NCBI GenBank assembly: GCA_004296145.1
Contig: SEBM01000001.1
Coordinates: forward strand, 1-37,961
Source: Flavobacterium sp.
Lineage (GTDB): Bacteria > Bacteroidota > Bacteroidia > Flavobacteriales > Flavobacteriaceae
DNA: 37,961 bases
Direction: 5' to 3'
The first letter of the stretch is position 1. Each line of letters starts with the position of its first letter. Made by a program: the position numbers and the translations under genes. Under the pieces are notes generated by a model. It was not told the origin of the DNA and searched no databases. It was given only the letters and a program-made list of their open reading frames with translations. This document shows, piece by piece, positions 16,113 through 24,432 of this stretch.

Positions 16113-19079
16113 ATGGCTTTCAACGAACTAAATAGTGTAGAACATTACATCATCAACCAACTTTCAGGAGTCAACTTGAATACAAATAAATTTCATGAAC
16201 CAAAAGTAGGCTATGGAATTCAATGGCAGTATAAATCTGCAGCCGATTTAAATCGCTCAGTAAATGAGGTTTTGTTAGAGCAAGAATTAAAGGATGCATT
16301 AATTCGACTAAATCCAGAAATTACTGCCAAGCCTGAGCTCGCCGATGAAGTAATCTATAAACTAAGGGCCATTTTAATTTCTGTAAATCATACAGGTTTG
16401 GTAAAAGCCAATGAAGAGTTTTTTAAATGGCTAGGTGGAGATAAAACTATGCCATTTGGCGAAAATAACCGACATGTGCCCATTAGAATTTTCGACTTCG
16501 AAAACTTAAATCAAAATACCTATATCGTTACCAACCAGTTTAGAATTCATCACCGCGAAACTAAAATACCTGATATCGTACTATTTATCAATGGAATTCC
16601 AGTTGTGGTGGGTGAGGCAAAAACCCCCATACGTCCAAGCGTTAGTTGGCTAGATGGTGCTTACGAAATTCACGAGGTGTACGAAAACTCAGTTCCCCAA
16701 CTGTTTGTGCCGAACATACTATCTTTTGCAACAGAAGGTAAAGCGTTGTATTACGGGGGTATCCGCTGCCCTTTAGATTTTTGGGCACCTTGGCGCTTAG
16801 AAGATGAAGATGATGTTTTGGCTCGTAGGTTAGGATTGGGAGAAATAGGTAAAGAGATGGGTGATTTGTTACATCCAGCTCGTTTGTTAGATATTTTACA
16901 AAATTTTTCTTTGTTTACAACTAACAAAAAGAAACAACGTAGCAAGGTAATCCCTCGCTTTCAACAATACGAAGGTGCTAACAAAATTGTTGCCCGCGTA
17001 AAAGAAGGTCGTGTAAAAAAGGGTTTAATCTGGCATTTTCAAGGTTCTGGAAAGTCCTTACTGATGGTTTTTGCCGCACAAAAGTTAAGACGAGCTGCCG
17101 AATTAAAAAGTCCAACAGTTATTGTACTGGTGGATCGGACAGATTTAGATACCCAGATTTCAGGCACCTTTAATGCCTCAGACATTCCGAATGTTGAGGC
17201 AACAGAAAGTATTAAGGATTTACAAAGAATGTTGGAGCAAGATACTCGAAAAATTATCATCTCGATGATACATAAGTTTCGAGATGCCAAGCCTAATATG
17301 AATACCAGAGATAATATTATTGTGTTGGTTGATGAAGCCCACCGTACGCAAGAAGGAGATTTAGGTAGGCAAATGCGAGCTGCTCTACCGAATGCATTTT
17401 TGTTTGGATTAACGGGTACGCCCGTGAATAAAGCAGATAAAAATACTTTTTGGGCTTTTGGTTCTGATGAAGATGAAGGCGGTTATCTATCCCGTTATAC
17501 CTTTCAAGATTCTATTCGTGACGGTGCTACGCTTCCACTTCATTTTGAACCTCGTTTAATTGATGTTCATGTGGATAAGGAAACCATAGATCAGCTTTTT
17601 GCGGCGTTTAAAGAAGAGGCAGCATTAACTGATGAAGAAGCAGATGCATTGAACAAAAAATCTGCAAAGATGGCGGCGTTTCTTAAATCACCTGAAAGGG
17701 TAGCCAAAATAGTAAAGGATATTGCTACTCATTTTAAGGATAAGGTATTACCACACGGCTTTAAAGCGATGATTGTTACGCCTGATCGTTTTGCATGTAC
17801 ATTATATAAAGAAGAATTAGATAACTATTTTCCTAAAGAAGCAAGTAGAGTAGTAATCTCAACGATTCCCAATGATACTGCTGAATTTAAGGAAAAGTGG
17901 GGCATAGATAAATCACAACAAGAAAGGATAGTGGATGAGTATAATGACCCACTTTCTGATTTGCAATTTTTAATCGTTACTGCTAAACTATTAACAGGTT
18001 TTGATGCACCAATTTTGCAAACGATGTACTTAGATAAGTCGATCAAAGACCATACACTATTGCAGGCAATTTGTAGAACCAATCGTTTATTTCCTAACAA
18101 AACCTATGGTAGGATTGTAGACTATTTTGGAGTATTTGATGATGCTGCTAAAGCGTTGGAGTTTGACGAGACATCAGTTAAGCAAATTATCACAAATTTA
18201 TCTGAACTAAGGGCACAGTTGCCACAAGCAGTAAAAGATACGTTAGTACACTTTGATGGCGTAGATAGAACAAAGCAAGGCTTTGAAGGATTGGAAGATG
18301 CACAAAACGCTATTAAAACAGTCGAGAAAAAAGACGCTTTTGCTGCAGATTATAAATTCTTAAGTAAACTATGGGAATCGCTTTCTCCGGATAATATATT
18401 AGGACTATACCAAACAGATTACAAATGGTTGTCTCAAGTATATGAGTCAGTACGTCCAGCTTCAGATAATATTGGGAAGTTATTGTGGATGACCTTAGGG
18501 GCACAAACGACTAAATTGATTCATGATAATATACACGTAGGTGATATCCACAATTTGGATGAGTTTATTTTGGATGCCGATGTGATTGAGGACATTTTCA
18601 ATAACCCAGATCCTAAGAACGCTAAGAAACTAGAAAAGTTACTGGTTAACAGATTTAAGAAACATGAGGAAAATCCAAAGTTTAGAAAACTTAGTGAGCT
18701 ATTAGAAGAACTTAGAGATAGAGCAGAAAAGGGTTTGATAACTTCGATAGAATTTGTTAAAGAACTTTGTAAAATAGCCAAAGAAACTGTTCAAGCGGAA
18801 AAAGATTTAGCAGCCGCTTACCAAGAAAAATCGCCAAAGGCCGCATTAACAGAATTGTTTATAGAATTAAAAACTGAACAAACTCCTGCTGTAGTAGAAC
18901 GAATTGTAGCAGATATTGATGCTATTGTTCGGGTCGTTAGTTTTCCAGGATGGCAAAAAACCACATCGGGAGAAAGAGAGGTTCAAAAATCACTACGTCA
19001 AGCGTTACTAAAATATCAGCTTCACAAAGACCAGATTTTATTTGATAGGGCATATAGTTATATTAAGGAATATTATTAA
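16113..19079 (+). CDS. hsdR: Type I R-M restriction subunit
   Basis: Nuclease motif PDIV...EAK; helicase motifs WHFQGSGKS, DEAHR, TGTP, LLTGFDAP and QAICRTNR. Confidence 0.95.
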   Translation: MAFNELNSVEHYIINQLSGVNLNTNKFHEPKVGYGIQWQYKSAADLNRSVNEVLLEQELKDALIRLNPEITAKPELADEVIYKLRAILISVNHTGLVKANEEFFKWLGGDKTMPFGENNRHVPIRIFDFENLNQNTYIVTNQFRIHHRETKIPDIVLFINGIPVVVGEAKTPIRPSVSWLDGAYEIHEVYENSVPQLFVPNILSFATEGKALYYGGIRCPLDFWAPWRLEDEDDVLARRLGLGEIGKEMGDLLHPARLLDILQNFSLFTTNKKKQRSKVIPRFQQYEGANKIVARVKEGRVKKGLIWHFQGSGKSLLMVFAAQKLRRAAELKSPTVIVLVDRTDLDTQISGTFNASDIPNVEATESIKDLQRMLEQDTRKIIISMIHKFRDAKPNMNTRDNIIVLVDEAHRTQEGDLGRQMRAALPNAFLFGLTGTPVNKADKNTFWAFGSDEDEGGYLSRYTFQDSIRDGATLPLHFEPRLIDVHVDKETIDQLFAAFKEEAALTDEEADALNKKSAKMAAFLKSPERVAKIVKDIATHFKDKVLPHGFKAMIVTPDRFACTLYKEELDNYFPKEASRVVISTIPNDTAEFKEKWGIDKSQQERIVDEYNDPLSDLQFLIVTAKLLTGFDAPILQTMYLDKSIKDHTLLQAICRTNRLFPNKTYGRIVDYFGVFDDAAKALEFDETSVKQIITNLSELRAQLPQAVKDTLVHFDGVDRTKQGFEGLEDAQNAIKTVEKKDAFAADYKFLSKLWESLSPDNILGLYQTDYKWLSQVYESVRPASDNIGKLLWMTLGAQTTKLIHDNIHVGDIHNLDEFILDADVIEDIFNNPDPKNAKKLEKLLVNRFKKHEENPKFRKLSELLEELRDRAEKGLITSIEFVKELCKIAKETVQAEKDLAAAYQEKSPKAALTELFIELKTEQTPAVVERIVADIDAIVRVVSFPGWQKTTSGEREVQKSLRQALLKYQLHKDQILFDRAYSYIKEYY

Positions 19080-19197
19080 GATACTATAAGTATCAAGAAT
19101 ATATAATGCCTCAATAAAATGACTGATAGATTCTGCAAATTGAGACGAGACTAAGGTTTTGAGCATGCATTACTACCCCTTCGCTTTTTTGTTTTTA

Positions 19198-19220
19198 GGT
19201 ATAAGGTAAAAGCTTGTGCC
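19198..19220. repeat. Degenerate REP-like hairpin, copy 1
   Basis: GGTATAAG...CTTGTGCC; 26/35 identical by hand alignment (19193-19227 vs 19949-19983) to the copy at 19954. Confidence 0.5.
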
Positions 19221-19247
19221 AGAGAAGGGAATTTAGGAATTTACATT

Positions 19248-19823
19248 ATGAATAATAAAAAAGAAATGAAATCTAGTAGTACTGTAATCAAATTTATGGA
19301 ACGTAACCTAACGCCCATTTCTCTGTATGTGGGAATAATCACTTGTTGTGTAATTCTTATACCACTCCTGTGGTCGGGGGAAACGTTAGTACTTCAATTG
19401 GGCGGTATGACACTTTCCACAACAATTTTTCTTGGATTCCTAAATTATCAGCATGCGCAAGATCGGTTGTTCAAAGATTTGTTTAAGGAGTTTAATGAAC
19501 GTTATGACAAATTTAACGATCACTACCAGCGAATAGCTGATGATTATTCAGACAATGTAAATATAGAAGATATAAATACCAAGGATAAAAAACTTATAGT
19601 TGATTACCTGAATCTTTGTACAGAGGAACATTTCTGGTTCGAAAAAGGAAGGATTGAACAAAATGCCTGGAAAAGTTGGGAAGCGGGTATGGAGACTTGG
19701 GCAAGCTTGCCTGTCGTCAGAAGGGTATTTGATTATGAAGTAGCCACATGGACTTCTTCGTATTATACAGGCTTTCAGGAGTTCTTTAAGGCTTTAATTG
19801 AAAAAGCTAAGGTTGATATTTAA
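19248..19823 (+). CDS. Hypothetical membrane protein (two N-terminal TM helices plus a helical soluble domain; DUF4760-like)
   Basis: 191-aa ORF with hydrophobic segments ISLYVGIITCCVILIPLLW and LQLGGMTLSTTIFLGFL, then LFKEFNERYD and YLNLCTEEHFW. Exact start uncertain. Confidence 0.7.
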   Translation: MNNKKEMKSSSTVIKFMERNLTPISLYVGIITCCVILIPLLWSGETLVLQLGGMTLSTTIFLGFLNYQHAQDRLFKDLFKEFNERYDKFNDHYQRIADDYSDNVNIEDINTKDKKLIVDYLNLCTEEHFWFEKGRIEQNAWKSWEAGMETWASLPVVRRVFDYEVATWTSSYYTGFQEFFKALIEKAKVDI

Positions 19824-19953
19824 TTTAGCATTAGTGAAAGTTGCCTATTGTATTACACTTAACCTGTGAGACGCAAGGTGCCTAAGACTATGGTAAAGGT
19901 TGCTAACGTTTGTGGTAAATAGTTGATGAGTTGTGTTTTGATTTTTTATTTTA

Positions 19954-19976
19954 GGCACAAGCGATACGCTTGCGCC
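19954..19976. repeat. REP-like hairpin, copy 2
   Basis: GGCACAAGCG-ATA-CGCTTGCGCC, 10-bp GC-rich stem with one mismatch, in an AT-rich intergenic region, followed by AGCGAGG. Confidence 0.65.
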
Positions 19977-19996
19977 AGCGAGGAGAAGAATGGACA

Positions 19997-20152
19997 ATGG
20001 ATTTAGAAAAAGTTTTAACTGCGTATAAAGAACTTATTGACTTTAGAACAGAAAACTTTAGATCTTATGTGCCTCGAACTCACTCGCCAGCCTTAGGATT
20101 GCTGTTACCTAGGATTGTTGAAGAAGAATTAATTGATATAATCGAGTATTAA
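19997..20152 (+). pseudogene. Short ORF or gene remnant (51 aa, MDLEKVLTAY...)
   Basis: ATG 21 bp after the hairpin; protein-like composition; stop overlaps the start of the HNH gene by 1 bp. Confidence 0.3.
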
Positions 20153-21114
20153 TGCGCTCTCCAACGCTCCAAAAATATATTAATGCCTTTACTCGCCTTA
20201 AGCGAGGAGGGACGGTATATGGTTTAGCCCCACATAAACCTGTATTGCTCATCAGCTTAATAGAACTGATAGAAAAAGGATTGGTAACAGAAAACAAAAT
20301 CTTTGTAAATGCCGACCTTGTTGGCACCTTTAAAGAAAACTGGCAACTGTTAGTGCCCACCTTACATCAGCCAGATTTTACCCAGCCATTTTACTATTTA
20401 CAGAATGAAAAAATAGCAGATACGGCTTACTGGTTTTTACAGCCAAATACAGGTTGCCAAATCGATGCGCACATTAAATCTGTAAATACATTGCAGGCTG
20501 TTTGCGCCTATGGTTATTTTGCAACAGAACTTTACCTCTTGCTTGCCGCTGCACAACAAAGAAGCGTTTTATTGCAAATCTTGTTACAGACTTATTTCCC
20601 GGCGCAAAAAGCAGTTTTTTTACAAGCTAAAAACAGGGGAGAAGGTTATCTGCATGAGCAAGTAAACTACATATTAAACGAACCCGAAGTAAAATACAAA
20701 CACATAACTACCCATACCGAGGAAGATGTTTTTGTACGTAATGGCCTCTTTAAAAAGCTGGTGCCTAAAATTTACCATAACCAATGTAGTTTTACTGGTA
20801 TGGCCATTAGCAGTACCTTTAACTATAATTTTATAGATGCCTGCCACATTGTGCCCTTTAGCTTAACGCATGATGATAAGGTAACCAATGGCATAGCCTT
20901 ATGCCCCAACTTACACAGGGCATTTGACAGAGGTTTGGTAAGTATTGACACTGATTATCGAATACTAGTTTCAAAACATTTAACTGAAGATGAAAAACAT
21001 CCTTATGGCTTAAGACAGCTAGTCGGTAAAAAGATGCTGTTGCCACAACAAAAAATTCACTACCCTGAAATGGAAGCATTAAATTGGCACAGGGAAGAAA
21101 TATTTAAAAAATAG
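20152..21114 (+). CDS. HNH endonuclease with N-terminal SBD-like domain (putative modification-dependent, possibly phosphorothioate-dependent, restriction enzyme)
   Basis: APHKPVLL...QPFYYL N-terminal motif; C-terminal DACHIVP...NGIALCPNLHRAFDRG...LNWHR HNH domain. Confidence 0.8.
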   Translation: MRSPTLQKYINAFTRLKRGGTVYGLAPHKPVLLISLIELIEKGLVTENKIFVNADLVGTFKENWQLLVPTLHQPDFTQPFYYLQNEKIADTAYWFLQPNTGCQIDAHIKSVNTLQAVCAYGYFATELYLLLAAAQQRSVLLQILLQTYFPAQKAVFLQAKNRGEGYLHEQVNYILNEPEVKYKHITTHTEEDVFVRNGLFKKLVPKIYHNQCSFTGMAISSTFNYNFIDACHIVPFSLTHDDKVTNGIALCPNLHRAFDRGLVSIDTDYRILVSKHLTEDEKHPYGLRQLVGKKMLLPQQKIHYPEMEALNWHREEIFKK

Positions 21115-21131
21115 CCTATTTAACAGTATCT

Positions 21132-21908
21132 CTAAATATTAACTAACCTATTGAGTTCTGAAACTTTATTATAGAAATAAACAGATGAGTCCTTTAATGG
21201 AGATATCATTTTTAGTAAAAGTTTTGGTTCAAATATCATTTTTACTTTTTCTATTTCTGATTCTAGTTGATAGTCTTTTAAAGGAGATTCTAGAACTATA
21301 GGAGTTATGTTCGGGATTTGGCAAACTAATGAACTATAAGCGAGTATAGAATCAAACGTAATTGAGTGGTGTGCACTATCTGAATTTACCTCACTCATAT
21401 GCACCTGAACTAGCCTCTCCTTGAAAAGTTCAATCATTCTTGCTCCTTCATTAAGCGTAGGGTCTACTTGTTTTGCATGTGCAATATCGAAACAAAAGCT
21501 TGCATCAGGTAATTTTTGAAACAACGTTTCCATATCCTTAGAGGTACGACCAATATGCTTACGTTTATCCATGTTTTCTAGGCATAAATATTTACCTAGA
21601 CGTTGCCATAATATAAAGTCTGTAATAATATCTGGGTGTACTACGATGTGCATACCTCTACGTGCAACACGCTCTAAATGACTAACGAACTGCACCTCAG
21701 AAAAGCTACCTAACTTACTAGGTGCATGGAATGATTTATATTTATATTTTGATAAATCAAGATCATCTAATACCTTCAATAAAGGTAAAAATTCGTCTTC
21801 ACGAAGCGCACTTAATTCTATTACGTTGGCACTTGTTTTTTTTAATAAATCCAAGGCCAATCTGAAATTACCTTTGGCAATACTGCCTGTAGAAAATCCT
21901 ATATTCAT
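21132..21908 (-). CDS. Xylose isomerase-like / AP endonuclease 2 TIM-barrel metalloprotein
   Basis: Ordered metal-ligand motifs HAP, HPD, ENMD, FDIAHA, HMSE, HH and LESP. Confidence 0.75.
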   Translation of the reverse strand: MNIGFSTGSIAKGNFRLALDLLKKTSANVIELSALREDEFLPLLKVLDDLDLSKYKYKSFHAPSKLGSFSEVQFVSHLERVARRGMHIVVHPDIITDFILWQRLGKYLCLENMDKRKHIGRTSKDMETLFQKLPDASFCFDIAHAKQVDPTLNEGARMIELFKERLVQVHMSEVNSDSAHHSITFDSILAYSSLVCQIPNITPIVLESPLKDYQLESEIEKVKMIFEPKLLLKMISPLKDSSVYFYNKVSELNRLVNI

Positions 21909-22964
21909 CTAAAAAAGTACATATTTTTGAGTAAATGCTTTTAATTCTTTATCGTCTTCAAATAGGTTATTCATAGCTTCTTGAAACTCATTTGCTATTT
22001 TACGAGCTGCTAAAAACTCCACATCATCGTATGCTGTATTTGTTGTTAAGCTTGCCAGATGTTCCCTTTTATTATCATCATTAATTATGCCTAAAAAAGC
22101 ATCATAGCGATCGATTATCTGTAACAACAACTCGTCTACATCCCGATTACTCATTACCTTTATTAGAATTTCTAGAGGACTAAGTCTAATTACTTCAAGA
22201 AGATGATCGCGTACTGGATCCTTCCCTTGTTTATCATTTAGATAACAACTGAAACACATCAGCAGTCCCTTAACGTAGATTAATTTACGCGAAAGGCGTA
22301 GCTTGATATTTCGTAATCCCCATTTTCCTTCAGGCTGCCCTTTTTGTTTATAAGCAAAATCAACACATATTGTTCTCCAAAATCTGATAATGTCATTTAA
22401 AAGAAATCGAGGTACAGTTGAAGTTTTATCAATATTGCACACCAGTGAAGAATCATGGCTAACATATTCTTCAATTATTTGACGAACTACTCTCTCAAAC
22501 GCTGTGCCTGTGTCATCTTCTTCATCATTTATTAACATCTTTTCGGCTTCAAGTAAAAGAAGTACCCGCCTTGAAATATTGTGATTGGTGTCGTCTTGGC
22601 CACCTATATAGTGTACCAGTTCGTGACTAAAGGTAATATTGCCAAACATACCACTTGTTCCAGGTTCTTCTAACTTTGCTACTGTTAAGGCGGTTTTAAT
22701 AGTGTCCGCTACTCTGTAATGTGGTCCAGCTTGTCCATCTATTAATAAGGTCCAATCAACATCACTTTTAGAAGTGCATTCATTTCTGGCTATGGAACCA
22801 AACACAACCATATCAATATCTGATGTAGTCAAAGGCCTGTAAAGCTCAAGACTCTCAATTATCTTACCCCTAATGTTTTTTGTGTGTTCAATAGCCGCAA
22901 AAATATTCTCCCATTTTTTATTATGGGCCTCTTTGAAATCAACTATGATACTTGTTTGAGACAT
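21909..22964 (-). CDS. Pol-beta superfamily nucleotidyltransferase with a helical C-terminal domain
   Basis: VVFGSIARNECTSKSDVD matches hG[GS]-x(n)-DxD; later RRVLLLLE, FLLNDIIRFWRT and WGLRNIKLRLSRK helical motifs; ends in KYVLF. Confidence 0.85.
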   Translation of the reverse strand: MSQTSIIVDFKEAHNKKWENIFAAIEHTKNIRGKIIESLELYRPLTTSDIDMVVFGSIARNECTSKSDVDWTLLIDGQAGPHYRVADTIKTALTVAKLEEPGTSGMFGNITFSHELVHYIGGQDDTNHNISRRVLLLLEAEKMLINDEEDDTGTAFERVVRQIIEEYVSHDSSLVCNIDKTSTVPRFLLNDIIRFWRTICVDFAYKQKGQPEGKWGLRNIKLRLSRKLIYVKGLLMCFSCYLNDKQGKDPVRDHLLEVIRLSPLEILIKVMSNRDVDELLLQIIDRYDAFLGIINDDNKREHLASLTTNTAYDDVEFLAARKIANEFQEAMNNLFEDDKELKAFTQKYVLF

Positions 22965-23304
22965 ATTTACTAAAGAACATGCTAAAGTACTAATAATTAT
23001 AGTTAAGTTCTATTTAAAGCAGCGCAAGTTATTCACAGATTGTCTTTCCTTTTTCAATTCGTTGTTTTCTATCAAAACTAGGATGCCTTAATGGAGCTTG
23101 TTCATTTTTATAATGCTTAGGGTTAACTATAGTTTTAAAGAAAGACAGTTTCAAATTGATTTGAAGCCACTGCCCTTTGGTTTTGTATAATGAGAAACCG
23201 CAGATAGTTTTGATAGAGGCTAACAACGGAAGTTTGCTGGTGATGAAAGATGAAACTCAAACCAAACAATCTTAGGTAGTAACGCACTAAAAATCCTGAG
23301 TTAT

Positions 23305-24432
23305 TTATATGATTTTATTTGATAATAAAAATTCTTTTACTGCTTCTGCTACTGCTTTTGCTAGCGGAACAGGAACCCCATTTCCAATCATTTTAAATTT
23401 CTTACTTAATGAAACTTCACTAGGAAGAATATATTCATCGGGCACCCCTTGTATTCTTAATGCTTCTCTTGCAGATAAACGTCTGTGCAAATATGGGTGC
23501 AAATGAACTTCATTGTTGCCATAACAAGCTGTAGGGCTGTATTTGAAACGGTGAAGTCGTTTAAATGAAGGCCTATTTGTTTCGCCTTCATTTATAGTTT
23601 TCAATTCGTTTATTGGTTTATATAAAGTAAATATTTCGTTTGCGTTTGGAATTAAGTCCACCTCGTTATTTGATACCAAACAGCTCTCAACACACAATTC
23701 AAATGGAACATCTTCAGGTTTTTTTAATGATTTTCCAAACGAAACTTGCTTACCCCAATTATATTTTATTGCAGCATTGTGGTATTTTTCGTTTACAGGA
23801 AACGGAAACCATTTGCCAAACGGTGTTTGTTCAATATTTTTTTTGCTAATGCAACCTTTTCGTATACCAATAAAAAACACACGTTCTCTATGTTGTGGCA
23901 CCCCATAATTCAATGAATTTAGTTTTTCGTGGTCAACGTAATACTCTTTTTCAACTCGCTTCAAAAGCGTTTGTAAGTACTCTTTGCTTTCTTTTCGCTT
24001 TGTCAAACCGGTTACATTTTCCATAACGAAAAACGTTGGTTTCAATTCTAAAATTTTGTCAAAGTAAACAACTGTAAGTTTTCCTCTTTCACCGTCAAAG
24101 CCTTTTAACGAACCGTTCATACTAAAATCCTGACAAGGCGGACCGCCAATTATTCCAAAATGTTCAGGTTTTCCATTTGGAAAGGCTTCTGAGATAATTT
24201 CTTTTGATTTTATTTCATTAATGGATTTTGTATTGAAAATTTCTGCTTTAACTCCGTTGCCTCTTGATTTTCGCCAAGACGTCATACCAGCAGCGTGAAG
24301 TTGGGCGAAAATTTTATCAAATTCATTTGTCCAAATAGTTTCAAAACCTGCTTGTTCAAAACCCATATCTAAAAAGCCACCACCGGAGTAGAAGGAAAGA
24401 ATTGGAATTTTATGTTCATGGTGGTTATTCAT
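23305..24432 (-). CDS. C5 cytosine DNA methyltransferase (DruM-like position)
   Basis: Motif I YSGGG, IV GPPCQDFS, VI ENV, VIII QHRERVF, IX REALRIQG and X IGNGVP. Confidence 0.95.
   Translation of the reverse strand: MNNHHEHKIPILSFYSGGGFLDMGFEQAGFETIWTNEFDKIFAQLHAAGMTSWRKSRGNGVKAEIFNTKSINEIKSKEIISEAFPNGKPEHFGIIGGPPCQDFSMNGSLKGFDGERGKLTVVYFDKILELKPTFFVMENVTGLTKRKESKEYLQTLLKRVEKEYYVDHEKLNSLNYGVPQHRERVFFIGIRKGCISKKNIEQTPFGKWFPFPVNEKYHNAAIKYNWGKQVSFGKSLKKPEDVPFELCVESCLVSNNEVDLIPNANEIFTLYKPINELKTINEGETNRPSFKRLHRFKYSPTACYGNNEVHLHPYLHRRLSAREALRIQGVPDEYILPSEVSLSKKFKMIGNGVPVPLAKAVAEAVKEFLLSNKII

Noticed and set aside
3502-18781. Many short alternative-frame or antisense ORFs inside hsd and cargo genes (e.g. 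5511-5825, 12403-12762, 14104-14442, 17825-18100)
   Set aside because: All lie within long motif-bearing genes and show the composition of antisense shadows in AT-rich DNA.
19141-19983. Integron attC or CRISPR interpretation of the repeated hairpins
   Set aside because: No RYYYAAC/GTTRRRY-bounded palindrome, no integrase, and only two diverged copies about 750 bp apart.
21909-22964. CBASS CD-NTase or GlnD assignment
   Set aside because: No Cap effector or ancillary genes nearby and no HD/ACT domains; only the generic NTase core is shared.
22989-23003. ACTAA-TAATT-ATAGT, near match to the SOS box upstream of the NTase gene
   Set aside because: One mismatch in the core within very AT-rich DNA; likely chance.
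23029-23226. 65-aa minus-strand ORF between the MTase and NTase genes
   Set aside because: Non-ATG start and no motif; more likely intergenic or decayed sequence. No vsr remnant recognised.
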